A stretch of DNA of 64,000 nt from contig CP145423.1 of the NCBI GenBank assembly GCA_036867785.1, forward strand, positions 310,001 to 374,000, read 5' to 3'. Below the pieces are notes generated by a model. The model did no database searches. It was not told the origin of the DNA and worked only from the letters and a program-made list of their open reading frames with translations. Both the position numbers and the translations under genes were made by a program. This document shows positions 1 through 12,216 of this stretch, one piece after another (positions within the stretch are counted from its first letter, which is position 1; the number at the start of each line of letters is the position of its first letter). Origin of the DNA: Plasmodiophora brassicae. Taxonomy: Eukaryota.

Positions 1-450
1 GAGCAGACCGGATGCCAGGTTCCTGCTGTCGACGCTAGCGATAATATCGGCAACGACCGGACAGCTCTGCATCCTGTTTTTCCCGAAGATGTTCGCCGTC
101 ATGACGGGCGCACACAGCACCCTGACGCGCGCCACCAAACCCCTTCAAGTGAAGCCGAAAACACCTTCGGGAACCGCTCATCACTAAACCTATGTCGACA
201 CGGTAGACGGCTGACGTGTACGTCTGCGTGCAGCTGTCGGATATTTAATGCGCAGTCAGCGCCCGGTGCGCGGCCTTCCGCCTTTGACCGGGCGTCATGG
301 TCGGGCCAAAAATAGATGGTCCGTGACGGCAACTCCATCGGCCGTGTGCGTGCCACCCACACTACTGTCTGGTTGGAGCGTCCCCCACTACTGAGCTGCG
401 TGCGTGGAGCGCGTGATCCCCGGGACAACGACCTCAAATCCAGATCGGAC

Positions 451-1189
451 ATGGAGACTGTGCGACAACGGCGAATGGGGACGCCTGGCACGGGCCTGTT
501 GCCCCCGTCGACCGTGTCCAGCGAGGACATCGACGTCGCCTGGGAGCTCGCTCGCCTGGGCGAGCTCCACTGCGTGCCCGAGGCCAGCACGTCGTCGGCC
601 GAATGGCACGAGTCGTTGGACAGCGACGCTGCGGCCCAGGACGCGACGATCGGAGCCGTCTCCAGGACTAGCAGCATGTTCTCGCGGCGCACGACGGCGA
701 ACCCGTCGCCCCAGGCCAAGGCACACCGAGCGACCCCATGCCCGCACGGCAAGGCGCGATCGTACTACTGTAGAGGTAAGCGGGCTGTTGCGATGGCCGA
801 CGACGAGCCGCTGACCGTCCTGTGCAGATTGTGGGGGCGCTGGCATCTGCCCGCACGGCCGGATCCGAAGTCGATGTAAGGAGTGCGGCGGTTCCGCGTT
901 CTGCGAGCATGGCACGAGAAGGGCGCGCTGCAAGCAGTGCAAAGGGGCGTCGATCTGTGAGCACCTGCAGCGACGGAGCCGGTGCAAGCTCTGCGGAGGC
1001 AGCTCCATCTGCATCCACGGACGCATGAAGTTCTCGTGCAAGCTCTGCACGGCGCCGTGCGATCACGGGTACAAACGGTCGCAGTGCCCAAAGTGCCGGA
1101 CGACGTCGCCGACGAACGCCAGGCAGCGAGCGGCGGCGGCGCATCACGGCCAGGTCACCCTGAGCGAAGCCATCATGTTAAGGCAATGA
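451..1189 (+). CDS. Cys/His-rich 18-aa repeat protein (CxHGxxRxxCKxCGGxxI repeats), putative zinc-binding; 2 exons
   Basis: ATG 451. A GT-AG intron at 776-827 joins ...CPHGKARSYYCR|DCGGAGICPHGRIRSRCKECGGSAFCEHGTRRARCKQCKGASICEHLQRRSRCKLCGGSSICIHGRMKFSCKLC... Stop TGA 1187-1189. Confidence 0.8.
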
Positions 1190-1729
1190 TGAGCGTAGCG
1201 AACGGGCCGAACAACAACAACAACAGCAGCAACCTTGTATTATGGATAAATTGCCAATTCGAATTGTTGAGCCGTCAACACCAACAACGCGTGCGTTGAT
1301 CCTGCCGAGTACGCGCGAAATAACGTACGAAACGCGATTCCGAAAAATAATGAAGACAGCCCAAATGAGAAAGAGGTCTAATTCCGGACGATCGCAAAGG
1401 AAACAATAACGTGAATATCGGTATGGAATGTCGGAATAGCCAACGATGGGGCGCAGTAAAGTCTGAAACGCGCCCTCCAGCGGTGCCCGCGAGCGCAAAT
1501 TTTACGTTCGGGGGAGGGTGCCGCAGCGTCGAGCGAGCCCGCGAAGCAGATGGCGGGCGCGGAGCGTGGCGACACACGCCCCTGCGGCGACGGACGACGC
1601 GATGCGGGGACGACCAGCGGCGATCGCCGGTGATCTATTTTGGTCGCACCAGTCGATTGCAGGCGCGCCGTGGCGCAGAATCGCGTCGATCGCCGCCGAC
1701 CACCGCCAACGCCGTGTCCGCCGTCGCTG

Positions 1730-4700
1730 ATGATCCGCGGTGCGGTCGCCGTCCTGGTCGGCGTTGTCGTCGCGCTCGCCGATCGGCAGAACGGGTGGGT
1801 CCCATTGGATGTGACGGTCCGCGCGTGCGGCGCCCCGCGTCTAACCCCGCGTGGTTGCAGGTGCCCGGGCACGTCGATCCAATGCCAGAACGGCGGGTTC
1901 ATCCTGTCGGAGAGTTGCAGCGACCGTGTCAAGGCGAGCGATTGCAAATTCGGGTCGTTCACGCGCTGTCAGTGCCCGCCGACGCACGAAGGTACGCGCG
2001 CATGCCGCCCCTCTCGATCCGCGCCTGATCACCGTGTCGCTGTAGGTGTCTCCTGTCAAATCCCGCTGTCTGTCGGCGGCTGCGCGAAAGGCGAACGATT
2101 CGACCGGTCGCCATTGACTCGGAAGGGTGTCCAGCGGTTTGAATGCCAGCTGGACGAGTCGGTCCAGACGGAAGGCAGGGCTTGGTTTTCGTTGCCGGCG
2201 TGGGTGTCGCCGACCGTGCAGTCCAACCTTCGCAACCTGCGCGATCACGCCGTCCACATGACGGCCGACTGGGACGCCGGCAGCGTCCAGTTTCGCATCG
2301 ACTCGCGTGCCGAATCCCGATCCATGCTTCGATCGTCGTGCTCGCAGCACAGCCGCGTCGTGTCGTGTACGGCGACGCGCTGCCAACTGGACGGGAACCT
2401 CGCTCGCTGCGGGCATCTGTCCTGCGAACAAGACCCGGTCGTTTCGCATTTCAGCTCGCTGGTCGCAAGCCTGGCGTCGAAGACGTCCGTCGACATCCGA
2501 TTCGACGAGGAGTCGTTCGAGATCGTCGGCATGTTCTCCGTCGGGAGCTGTCAGATCGGCGCGTGCTTCCCTGCGCCGGCGCCTGGACTGGCTCAGTGGC
2601 TGACGCCGCTGGTGGCTCTGGTCCTCCTGGCCGGTCTCGTCGGCGTTGTCGTTGCTGTCCACGTCGAGGTGGCGCACCCGCCCGCCATCGTTGAGAAGCA
2701 GGTCGCCAGCAAGGCCAAGGCCTCAGCGTCAGGCGAAGGTTGCGAAACGAGCTTCTCGAAGTCGAACGATTCGGTTCCTGTTGGGTTGGCGTGGCGAGAC
2801 CTGACCTACACGCTGCCGTCAGTACGCGGCCTGTGGTCGACGCTGCTAAGGCGACCTGGCAGCGCGGGTCCAACTCTTCTTCATGGCGCGTCTGGTCGTG
2901 TAAAACCCGGAGAACTCGTTGCCATCGTCGGCCCATCTGGCGCTGGGAAGTCTACACTCCTCGACATACTCGGCGGCATTCCAAAGAAGGTAGGCCATGT
3001 GCAACGCGTACTGCTGTGGGTGGGTTAGTCTCAGTCCAGGTCGCATAGGGTGAGTTGCGTGGGGAAGTGACCCTTACGGGTCGTCACGCGACGGCGCTGC
3101 CAAAGAGCCAGCTGCTGTCGTACGTTGTCCAGACCGACTACAACCTGAGCGCGCTGACTGTCTGGGAAACCTTACAGTTCAGCGCCAGGACGAGGCTATC
3201 TCGTGAGCTGTCCGACGACGAGATCCTGAATCGGGTTGCAAGGACGCTTCAGCTTGTGGGCCTATCGCATGTTGCCACGTCGGTTGTGGGAACGCCGGCC
3301 TCTGGTGGCATCAGCGGCGGTGAAAGGCGACGGCTGGCCGTTGGCGGTACGTTCATCGCGGCGGTTCCCTTGTGCGCATCTGACGTCGTCGTTCTTAGTT
3401 GAGTTGATTGCCGAACCGCGCGTCATGCTTCTGGACGAGATCACGTCTGGGTTGGACTCGTACTACGCGTCGTCCATACTTCGCGTGCTTCGATCGGCGG
3501 CCACCGACTCTGGGATGGCCATCCTGCTGACGATCCACCAGCCGCCCGCCGCGCTGTTCTCCATGTTCGACCGCATCATTCTGATGGGAACTGGCGGGCG
3601 CACCGTCTTTCAGGGAGCGCCCAGCGAAGCGATCGAGTTCCTGCGGATGCACAGCCCGAAAGCGATCCCGTTCCTGAAGGGCACCAACCCGTTCGAGTAC
3701 CTGATCAGCAACCTGAACGATTCGGATACGCTGGCAGGCATCTACGCCGGCAGCGCCGAATTCTCAGCGATGAAGGCGTCCATTGTCGACGCCATCGCCG
3801 ACACCGACGCGCCTGACGTCGCCGGCGATATCGAATCAGGTTCCAGCGGTGACGATGCGGGTTACGGTCCGCGACGATCGTCCAGCGAGGACGGCTCCTT
3901 TGGGATTAAGGTCGAGCAGCGCAAGCGGCTGACGTTCTGGGAGCAGGTCTGCCTGCTGACGCATCGCGCGTTCCGGGTCGTGGCACGGAACCCGGCGCTG
4001 ATGATCCTGTACAACGTCGTCACGGTGGTCATCGCCATCCTGTCCGGCCTGACCTTCTGGCAAGTCGACATGGCCGTCAGCGGCACCCAGAACCGAATCG
4101 GGTTCATCTTCTGCGCGATCCTCTTCGGGTCGCTACTGTCGATGACGTCCATCGACCTGTTCGTCACCGAGCGGATCCTGTACCATCGCGAATCGCGCGC
4201 CGGATGCTATTCGGCCCTGCCGTACTTCATCTCGAAGCTGATCGTCGACGTCGTCCCGTTCCGCATCCTTCCCGCCCTGCTGTTCTCCATGATCTCCTAT
4301 CACATGGTTGGGTTCCAGTCCGACATCCTGCACTTCTCCATCTTCACCGCCGTCCTGATCCTGTGCAACGCCGTCGCCGGCGCGTCGATCTTCGCCATCT
4401 CGACGGCCGCCGCCGACGTGAAATCGGCGAACCTGATCGGTGTCTCGTACTACATGTTCAACATTGTCTTCGGCGGGCCTTTCCTGTCGCAGTCGACCCG
4501 GTCGACCTACAGCGCGTTCCTGTCCGTCGGGTCCTTCTTCTACTACGCGTTCGAGATGCTGGTGTCCAACGAGTTCATCGGCCTGGAGCTGTTCTTCGAC
4601 CCGAACCAGATGGATTCCGGGGGCGCATCGCAGGGCGGCACGGGCATCGAAATGACCGGCCAGCAGATCATGGAGACCATGCACTGGCGACCAGACTCCA

Positions 4701-4795
4701 CGGTCCAGAGCTCGTTGGTCCTCTGCGGCATGCTCGTCGGCTTCCACCTGCTGGCGTTCGCTGCCCTTAAATACGCACAAAGACCACTGAAATGA
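1730..4795 (+). CDS. ABCG (White-family) half transporter with N-terminal signal peptide and Cys-rich/EGF-like luminal region (ADP1-like); multi-exon
   Basis: Signal peptide [17 protein letters not shown]; Cys-rich CQNGG...CQCPP; a TM helix; Walker [10 protein letters not shown]; signature ISGGERRR; Walker [17 protein letters not shown]-loop; C-terminal ABC2-type TM domain. Confidence 0.9.
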
Positions 4796-4955
4796 TCATC
4801 GTCGCTTTGCTGTTCTATCTATAAAGCCCAAATATCCCTGCGCTCAGCAGCAGGAACATGCCGGTGCAGTTTACGCTCCGTCAGTGGTCCCGCTCGGCGG
4901 CGTGGGCAGCGAGCTGCGAAATGTGCGCCGTCGTCAAAGTCCGTGGCAGTTCACG

Positions 4956-5663
4956 ATGGAGCAGTTTGCCGCTGATGACGCCCGCGTTCTGGTCGTCGAC
5001 ACGGCCGGCAAACTGGACGGGGCGCCGTCCGGGCAGTACGACGGCGTTGTCGTGGAGGGATCCGCTGGCAATGTCGAGTTCCGCGATGTCCTGCGCGTGC
5101 TGCGACCGTCCGGCCGGTGCGTGGTCCGGACGGGTGTCAAGTCGTCCGCACTGATCTTTGCCGGATTCGTCAACGTCGCACAGCAGGACGGCATGGTACG
5201 CGCGCGCACTGCACATTGACCTTCAACAGGCGGTGCGGAGCCAGGCCTCTCCGCCCCGTCAGATACGGGTCATACATTTCCCCCCAGCGGGCCAGCCACT
5301 AACGTCTGGACACAGGTCACTGGCGAGAAGCCCTCCTGGACCGCCGGCGAGTCCGCATCGCTGCCGCTAGGCGACGCCGACCTGATCGACGAAGACGCGC
5401 TGCTCGACCATGAGGCACAGGAGACGCGCGTCCCGAGCGCCGCCGCCCGGGAATCCGAGTGCGGCCCGACGAAGCGCAAGGCCTGCAAGAACTGCACGTG
5501 CGGGTACGCGGAGACGCTCGGCGCGGCACAGGCCGCCGAACAGGCCCCGCCGGTCGGCGGCTGCGGCAGCTGCGGACTTGGCGACGCGTTCCGCTGCAGC
5601 ACTTGCCCGTACCTGGGCCAGCCGGCGTTCAAGCCCGGCGACAAGGTGAAGCTCGTCCTGTAA
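4956..5663 (+). CDS. CIAPIN1: Anamorsin/Dre2 Fe-S cluster assembly protein
   Basis: Methyltransferase-like N-terminus (RVLRPSG); intron 5196-5315; then LIDEDALL and Cys motifs [11 protein letters not shown] and [28 protein letters not shown]. Confidence 0.92.
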
Positions 5664-5738
5664 AATACACCCGACGCGTATGTGCAAAGACGGGGGCGCG
5701 CGCGCCTGCATTAGGGGGATTGGTCGTCGGTGGCGCCG

Positions 5739-6644
5739 CTACAGGACGTCGAGCGGGACGGGCGGGGGTTGACGACGTTTATCCTGCAGGCAGGCGCGGC
5801 GGTACGCGACCTCGCGTTTCGTGATGAGGAAGGTGGACGGCGACAGCAGGGCGGCGAATAGGGACGCCGTGCTCGCGTAGGATGGCTCCCAGATGCGGAT
5901 GGCGGCGGCCAGCGCGCCGAACAGGCACAGGCCGAGGAGGCCCGTGTACCCGACGGACGACACCATGAAGGGGCCCACGACGACGCCGACGTAGACGCCG
6001 GCGATGATCGTGCCCATCAGCGAGACGTCGTTGCCGTACACGGTGGGCCAGGTGATATCGTAGCGGATGCGGTGGTCGCCAGCCAGTTCGGCGTGGATGG
6101 GGTCGTTGATGACAAGGGCGTACGTGAAGTAGAGGAACAGGAGCAGGCCGATCACGCTGAGCAGGCTCAGCACGAGCTTGCGGGTCGTGCTCAGGTAGGC
6201 GCTCCGGATGCCGCTTTCCGTGCGCTGACGTGGCCGGTTCACCTCCATCAGCGCCATGGCGCACGGCACGTACGCCGCCCAGAACGGGAACGCTGTCCAG
6301 AGCCATGGCTGTGAGGAGGGGCGATGTGTACCGCGACGGCGCTCTCCGTACCGAGGAATACGAACCCGCGAATGGCGTTCTGGTTCGCGAGGTTGCCATG
6401 CCAGACGGACGCTTCGCAGATCTGATCAACCCGGGGCACAGCGGTCAGCAACACTGTCGTCAGGCACGCCGCACAGGGGCGGCACCTGTTGCAGGGCGAA
6501 CCCGAAGGGTATGGCGGCGAACGGCAGCAGGGTGAGCTTCTGCGGTCGTTTGATACGCGCCAACGACACCAGGGCCACGTTGGCCATGCCGATGACGACT
6601 AGGGCGGCTCCGAGGACGAAGTTGTCCTCGTGAAAGGCCCACAT
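5739..6644 (-). CDS. Polytopic membrane protein resembling the bacterial DUF6629-like family; 3 exons
   Basis: Spliced product contains LLPFAAIPFGFALQQ|ICEASVW, FPFWAAYVPCAMALME, HRIRY, GPFMVSS and YASTASLFAALLS, with ~7 hydrophobic helices. Confidence 0.65.
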
Positions 6645-7021
6645 GGCCACTGTCACGTGCACCTGGGCGTCGTGTGTCTGGGCACGCGACACCCAGAAGA
6701 CTGGCAGCTATGGAGTACACGGTCGGGCACGAACCCGTTCTGTGTACGACGACGTCACCCGAAGATGATTCAACGGTGACCGTCATGGAATTCAATTGGC
6801 GATACCAGAGCAGGCACGTCGTGGGCTGAAGCTACGGGTTTCCCCTACGTGCATGCTTCCCTGAGCTCCCTGAGGAGCAAAGCGTTGACCGTTCCGCAGG
6901 GTAGAAGCGCCACGGCTAGGTCGATGCTCTAATCGAGGTTCTACCAATGTCGATTACGCGTTGCCATGGAAGTCGTATGTACAGACGTGTTCCAAATTCC
7001 GCTACAAATACGAACCAGCGG

Positions 7022-10000
7022 CTAGTCGTCAAAGCATTCGATCTCTAAACTGTGCCGTCGGTCTTGCCCGGCAGCGCTCGCTGAACAAGGCTTCGGATAT
7101 CTAGGGCAGGTGTTTAGACGCCAGTCACCATTCGTAACAGATTGGCGGTGTGTACCGTTATGGGTGTCGCCGGATGGATGGCCGGAGCCGTTCGTCGTCA
7201 TCCACACGATCGCCGACGCATCTAAACCGCTGTGCCGCGCGACGATAACTTCGGGCACGATTGCATTGCTTGCAGACTGAGCAGGCACAGTTCACGCCGC
7301 GGTCGTTGACGATGTCGTTACGATCCGTACCGTAAAGCCGAGCGCAGCGGCGGCTTTGGATGATGCCAGATTCAGGTTCGGAACGTACGCGAGGACGGTC
7401 GTATTGGAGGCACCGTCGATTGGCGTATACGCCCGAGACATGTCTGGAAATCTGGGGCCGAACTCGTCGACGTTCGGTCCGGAAAGAATGCACTCCCCGG
7501 ATAGATTGATGTGGTCCGTCACCTGCATCGTCGTAAGAAGAGCAACGCTGCTTCATTCGCTGTGGAGCTTACGGTTGCCACAGAGCCAGGTGGTAGTTGC
7601 CCGCAAAGAGATATCGCCTTGCCGATCAGAACGATGTGCCGGATGCCGAGCATCTTGAACACCCTAATGGCATGCGATGCACTGTACAGCGAAAACGACG
7701 TCCGGCGAAGGCAAACGACTGGCATACCCGAATGCCAGTCTCCGCTGTTGACGACCCATTCATCCCGCCCGTGCTTTGGCCAACCCGGGATTGACGACGA
7801 TGGAATGGAGTTCTTCCCTGGGCGAGCCGTGGTTGTCAGACAGTGATGTGAAGAACGCCAAGAGGCAGACATACAAGCAATGCCGTCGATGGCGCCATTC
7901 AGGGATGGGTCGACAACAATGATCGCATGGGAGGAACCAGGCGGGATCGAGCTGCGCAGGAACGACGTGCTAGTTCGAACATCCTGTGGAAGGTCCTGCA
8001 CCACAGGGCACCTTGCAATGTACTCTGCCGCTACGCGTACGCGAACTTCCTTTGCGAGACAGGGCGTACTGTCCAGCGCTACAAAAGCCCACCATGAGCG
8101 ACCCGTGATTTGCTACGAAGTCAACGACGCGCGTTTGCGGACCTGTCTTGAGAATAACGTCGTGCAAGCCAACGTCATCACCACAGATAAACGCAACCAG
8201 CATACACTGCATTCCCAGGTGAGCGGCACTCGAAATCGGCGCCAGACTCGTACATGTGAATGCGAACGATTTTGTGATGTCCCGAACGAATTGACGTTCC
8301 GCCAGGGTTGGCAACGACCGGCTGGGGAATGCTGACAAGTGACCCTGTGGCAGGATTCCTGTGGCTTCCGAAGACAGACCTACAGCGGACGACTTTCTTG
8401 TGAGACAGACGCAATCCACACTAGGGCACAGCATCGTACCCTTGAACAAAGCCGCTGATGTCGAATCGAAAATTGGACACAGCCTGTCCCGGGTCTGATC
8501 GAAAACCTCGGTGACGACGAACGCTTTAGGGGTTGGACCCGCCCCTAGCGGGCTGGCTGGCACGACCTGGATGACGGCATTGACGCCCACGTAGCGAAGC
8601 ACACCGAGGAGGTGGTGAGACTCATAGTCCTGGAAGCCAGCCTCGGGGCTATGGGCGATAAAGACGATGGCACGGAACGATCCGGAGATAGATGCAAGGA
8701 CAATATGCCCCCTGCAGGCCGGCACTGGAGACAGCACCGAGAACGTCTTCAGAGTGGACAGTGGCACTGTCTTGATGGTAGCAAATCGGGACAGAAGAGA
8801 TTCTAGACGATCGGCGGAGAGGAACACAGCAAGGGGCAGTTCCACAGCGTTGGAAAACGCGTCCCGGAGAACATGCCCATCGGCAGCAATGTCGGCCTCC
8901 GTTGACCAGTGCAATGGATGCCCAGCAACGACGTGCCTAGACGTCAGCGCGAGCTGCTCAGGCGTCAGCAGCGTATGGAAACGGGTTTGCCCAGGCAACA
9001 CGTCCAGGTGGTACATCTGATCGGCGCGTCAGATACCATCTCCAACCCTATTCAGCGCCACCAACCATATCGAGGAGCAGGGCTTCGAACCTCGGCCCAG
9101 CTTCTTTAGCAACACGTGTGACATCGGCATGCTCCTGAGCGGTGTTGTTAGATGTCACTATTGCTGAGCCCAACGTCCAGTCATCGTCTACCAGCTTCTG
9201 GTCAATTATGCCAGCGGCGAGATTCGTGCACAGAGAAATGCCAAACACTTCCATGCCGACAGCATGGCCCGCGAGCGCCTCAGGCACCGTACTGTAGGAC
9301 ATCATTAACCGGCGATAGGCGCTTCACAATACACATACCTCATCCCGAATACTCCTCCGCCCATTCGCATGCCAGCGCGAACTTCTGCAGGGGTTTCGTA
9401 CGTTGGCCCAGACGTCCAGCAGTACGTCCCGCTGTACAGTGTTTGCCCAAGACGCGCGGCGCTCTCGCCAGCCAGCTTCGCCAGTCTCTCGCTGTATAAC
9501 CCTTCCTGCACGTTGCTCAGCGACTCGATCCATGCCGATGGGTGCCAGTAGCGGTCCTACTGGGGAGTAACCGGGCGGGCATAGCCGATGATCATGCACG
9601 TCCCGCAACGGGTCGACAAACGTCCACCGGATGTGATCGCGGATGACCATGGCTGATCCTGGCACCATTCCTGGAATCGCTCCGCCGGCACTGTTCGTCA
9701 GGATGTACAAAGAGCACCCACAGGCAGCTGCCAGGCGCGCCATGAAGTTCACCTGTCGGCAAGTTAACAGATCGTCGGGCAGCTGCACACTGGGCACACA
9801 CTTGCTCAAAGTGGAATCCCTCGTACGCGTGAACACGCCCCGAGAAGCAGAGTACTCTCAGCGGCGTGCCAGACTTGTTCGGAAGGTCGCCCAGGACGAG
9901 TCGCCCGGAATGTCCCGCGACGGTCGTCATCGGCATATGCGGGATCTCGCTGTACGCCAGCGATTCCGACGTCGTGAACCGCGATGTGAACCCGCTCAGC

Positions 10001-10156
10001 CCGCTGCCTAGGACGATCGCCACGCTCGCCCGCCCCAGCCGCGACGTCACCACATCGCTGGCCTCCTTGATGCTCTCGTAATACTGCCCCAATCATATCA
10101 GCCGGGGCCATTGCACCGTTTCGCCCCACGCCGACCACCTGCTGAAGGGTCTGCAT
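7022..10156 (-). CDS. PNP: Purine nucleoside phosphorylase (trimeric PNP family) with three tandem PNP domains; multi-exon
   Basis: Domain 1 has VLGSGL, GHSG, GRVHAYEG, TNSAGG, GPTYETPAE, GMSTVPE, CTNLAAG. Introns 9017-9065 and 8050-8092 join in frame to two degenerate PNP repeats (domain 3: DHINLSG...GPNVDEFGPRFPDMSRAY, VPEVIVARHSGL). The 3' end is approximate. Confidence 0.8.
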
Positions 10157-10500
10157 GGCCGAATCGACACGCACACGGATCCCGCTGACGACGACGACGA
10201 CGACGACGACGGCCCAAAGCGAGCGGTGCAGTCCCGGAGTGAGACGTTGGCCCGAATGGCAGAACGGCACGCCACGGTTTGGGTTCGCACGTTGCGGCGG
10301 CCCGTCACCCGTGACGCCGCGGCGCCCCCCTGCCGCGCCAAAATCGGACAGGCGAGGGCGGTGCTGTTTTGCCGCGCGAACTATCGGCGTGGCCCGCACG
10401 GGAGCAACCTGCCACCTGGTGCGTTGCTGTCCAATATAATTCGGTAGCGAATCGTGTATGTTTGACATCGATGCACGGGGGGAGGATGGAGCGATAATAG

Positions 10501-11691
10501 TTAGAGCAGGCCGCCACCGGACAGCGTTGAGGACAGGATCGTGTCGCTGACCGAATCGAAGACCAGGGCGACGTTATTCCGGTTGGTGGCGCAAGTGACG
10601 TGCACGTAGAGGCAGCGGCCAGGGTCGCTGTTCTTCTTCAGGAAAGCCGATTTCAGGTAGGCGATGCCGTTGTCGTAATTGTTACCGCCCGTGTAGTCGG
10701 GGAACGTTACGCTCATGTCGACGTTCTGGATCTTCTCCTGGAACAGGTCGCTTTTGTTGAAGAACAGGACAATGGACGTCTTCGTAAACCACTCGGAGTT
10801 GCAGATTTCACCGAACAGGTCCAGGGCCTCCATCAGGGAGTTCTTGTCGTGGTCCTCGAATATGACCTGATCGTACTCGCTGATGGCAACGACGAAGATC
10901 ACAGCGGTCACGCCCTGAAAGCAATGAACTAATACGACGTCAGCGTTCAGTCGCCTGGTCGCTCCGGACGCATTTACTCCATTTCTTTCGTTCGTTCCGC
11001 TGTCCGCCGACATCCAGCATCCGGTACGACTTCCCTTTGTAGTCGAACAGCGTTTCAGTGATGCCTGTTGTACGTACCCGAACCTGGACGACACAGTTCA
11101 GCGCAAGTCGACAGTTACCATGCCGCGAGAGCGTACCCGAAGCAAGTCTTCGTCATTGGGAATGTAATCGGGTGCTGAGGCCGTCACCACGCGATCAAGA
11201 AGGTACGCAGCACCGTCATCGAGCTGGAACTTTGCCCTGTGCGCGTACGTATTCTGGATCCCGCTGTCGTTCCAGACTTGGGCGATCTTCTGGGCCATCG
11301 TCTCATCTATGGGCGACTCAATGGGGAACCGCATGATGGCGTCCTTCACCGCCATTGCCGATTCCAGCATTTTCGTATTGAACTCGGCTGGCAGCTCGCC
11401 GGATCGCTGTATCAGGGTCTGGATCGCCGTCAGGATGTTCTTGTGGACGGTCTTCTTCGCCTCGAGGCGAACTTGCTGGCTGTGCCCCTTGCCGTGTATC
11501 GTGATCAACTGCTTGAACAAGGTGGACTTGCCGGATGCGCCCGTTCCCAGAAGCAACAACGTTACGACCGGTTTCTGTGTTTTGACCGCTGCGATCGCCT
11601 GCTTGTCGATCTCCGCTGATCGCACCTTGATCTGGTTATCGTCAGCGTCCTTGCTGGTGGGCTTTGGCGAGCTGCAGCATCCGAACGTCAT
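10501..11691 (-). CDS. Heterotrimeric G-protein alpha subunit; 3 exons
   Basis: [50 protein letters not shown]. Confidence 0.95.
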
Positions 11692-12216
11692 CGTATACGA
11701 GCGTCGCAGCACCTATGATATCGTGGATTCGACAGAGTACCGACGATCCTGCCGTAGATAGAACCCCTGGTATAAGGCCCCGGAGTGCGGGGGCGGGTCC
11801 CATTGGCGACGCCTAGGCGACGATCGTCGTATAAGCGCGAAGGCAGGCCTCGGGATCTGCATCTTTGCGCACGGGCAACATCGTAGGAAATGAGGTGCAA
11901 ACCGATCCACGATAATTGCTGATTGAAAACTATTCCGAACCCCCAGTTGTCACCTCTGCTTGCAAGTGCCAACTGAATTTCTGGCACCCATTTTGGTTTC
12001 CACCAAAACAACCATCCCCACCGTTCAAACGAAACCGAACCTTCCTGTCTGGCCTTGGAAGCGTCTCCGAACAGACATGGCATGTCGCAACTATCATACT
12101 CGGGGCGATGACTTCTGGAACGACACCGAAGATTGCGAGAGCGGGCATCCAAGTCCACCACAACGCGTCACGCGTGTCGCAGACCGAGTTGAGATGATGC
12201 CTGGCGTTCGTGAACT

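Noticed and set aside
1209-1232. (AAC/AGC)n and similar short trinucleotide runs (also ~10186-10211, ~46078-46095)
   Set aside because: Ordinary short microsatellites in UTR or intergenic DNA.
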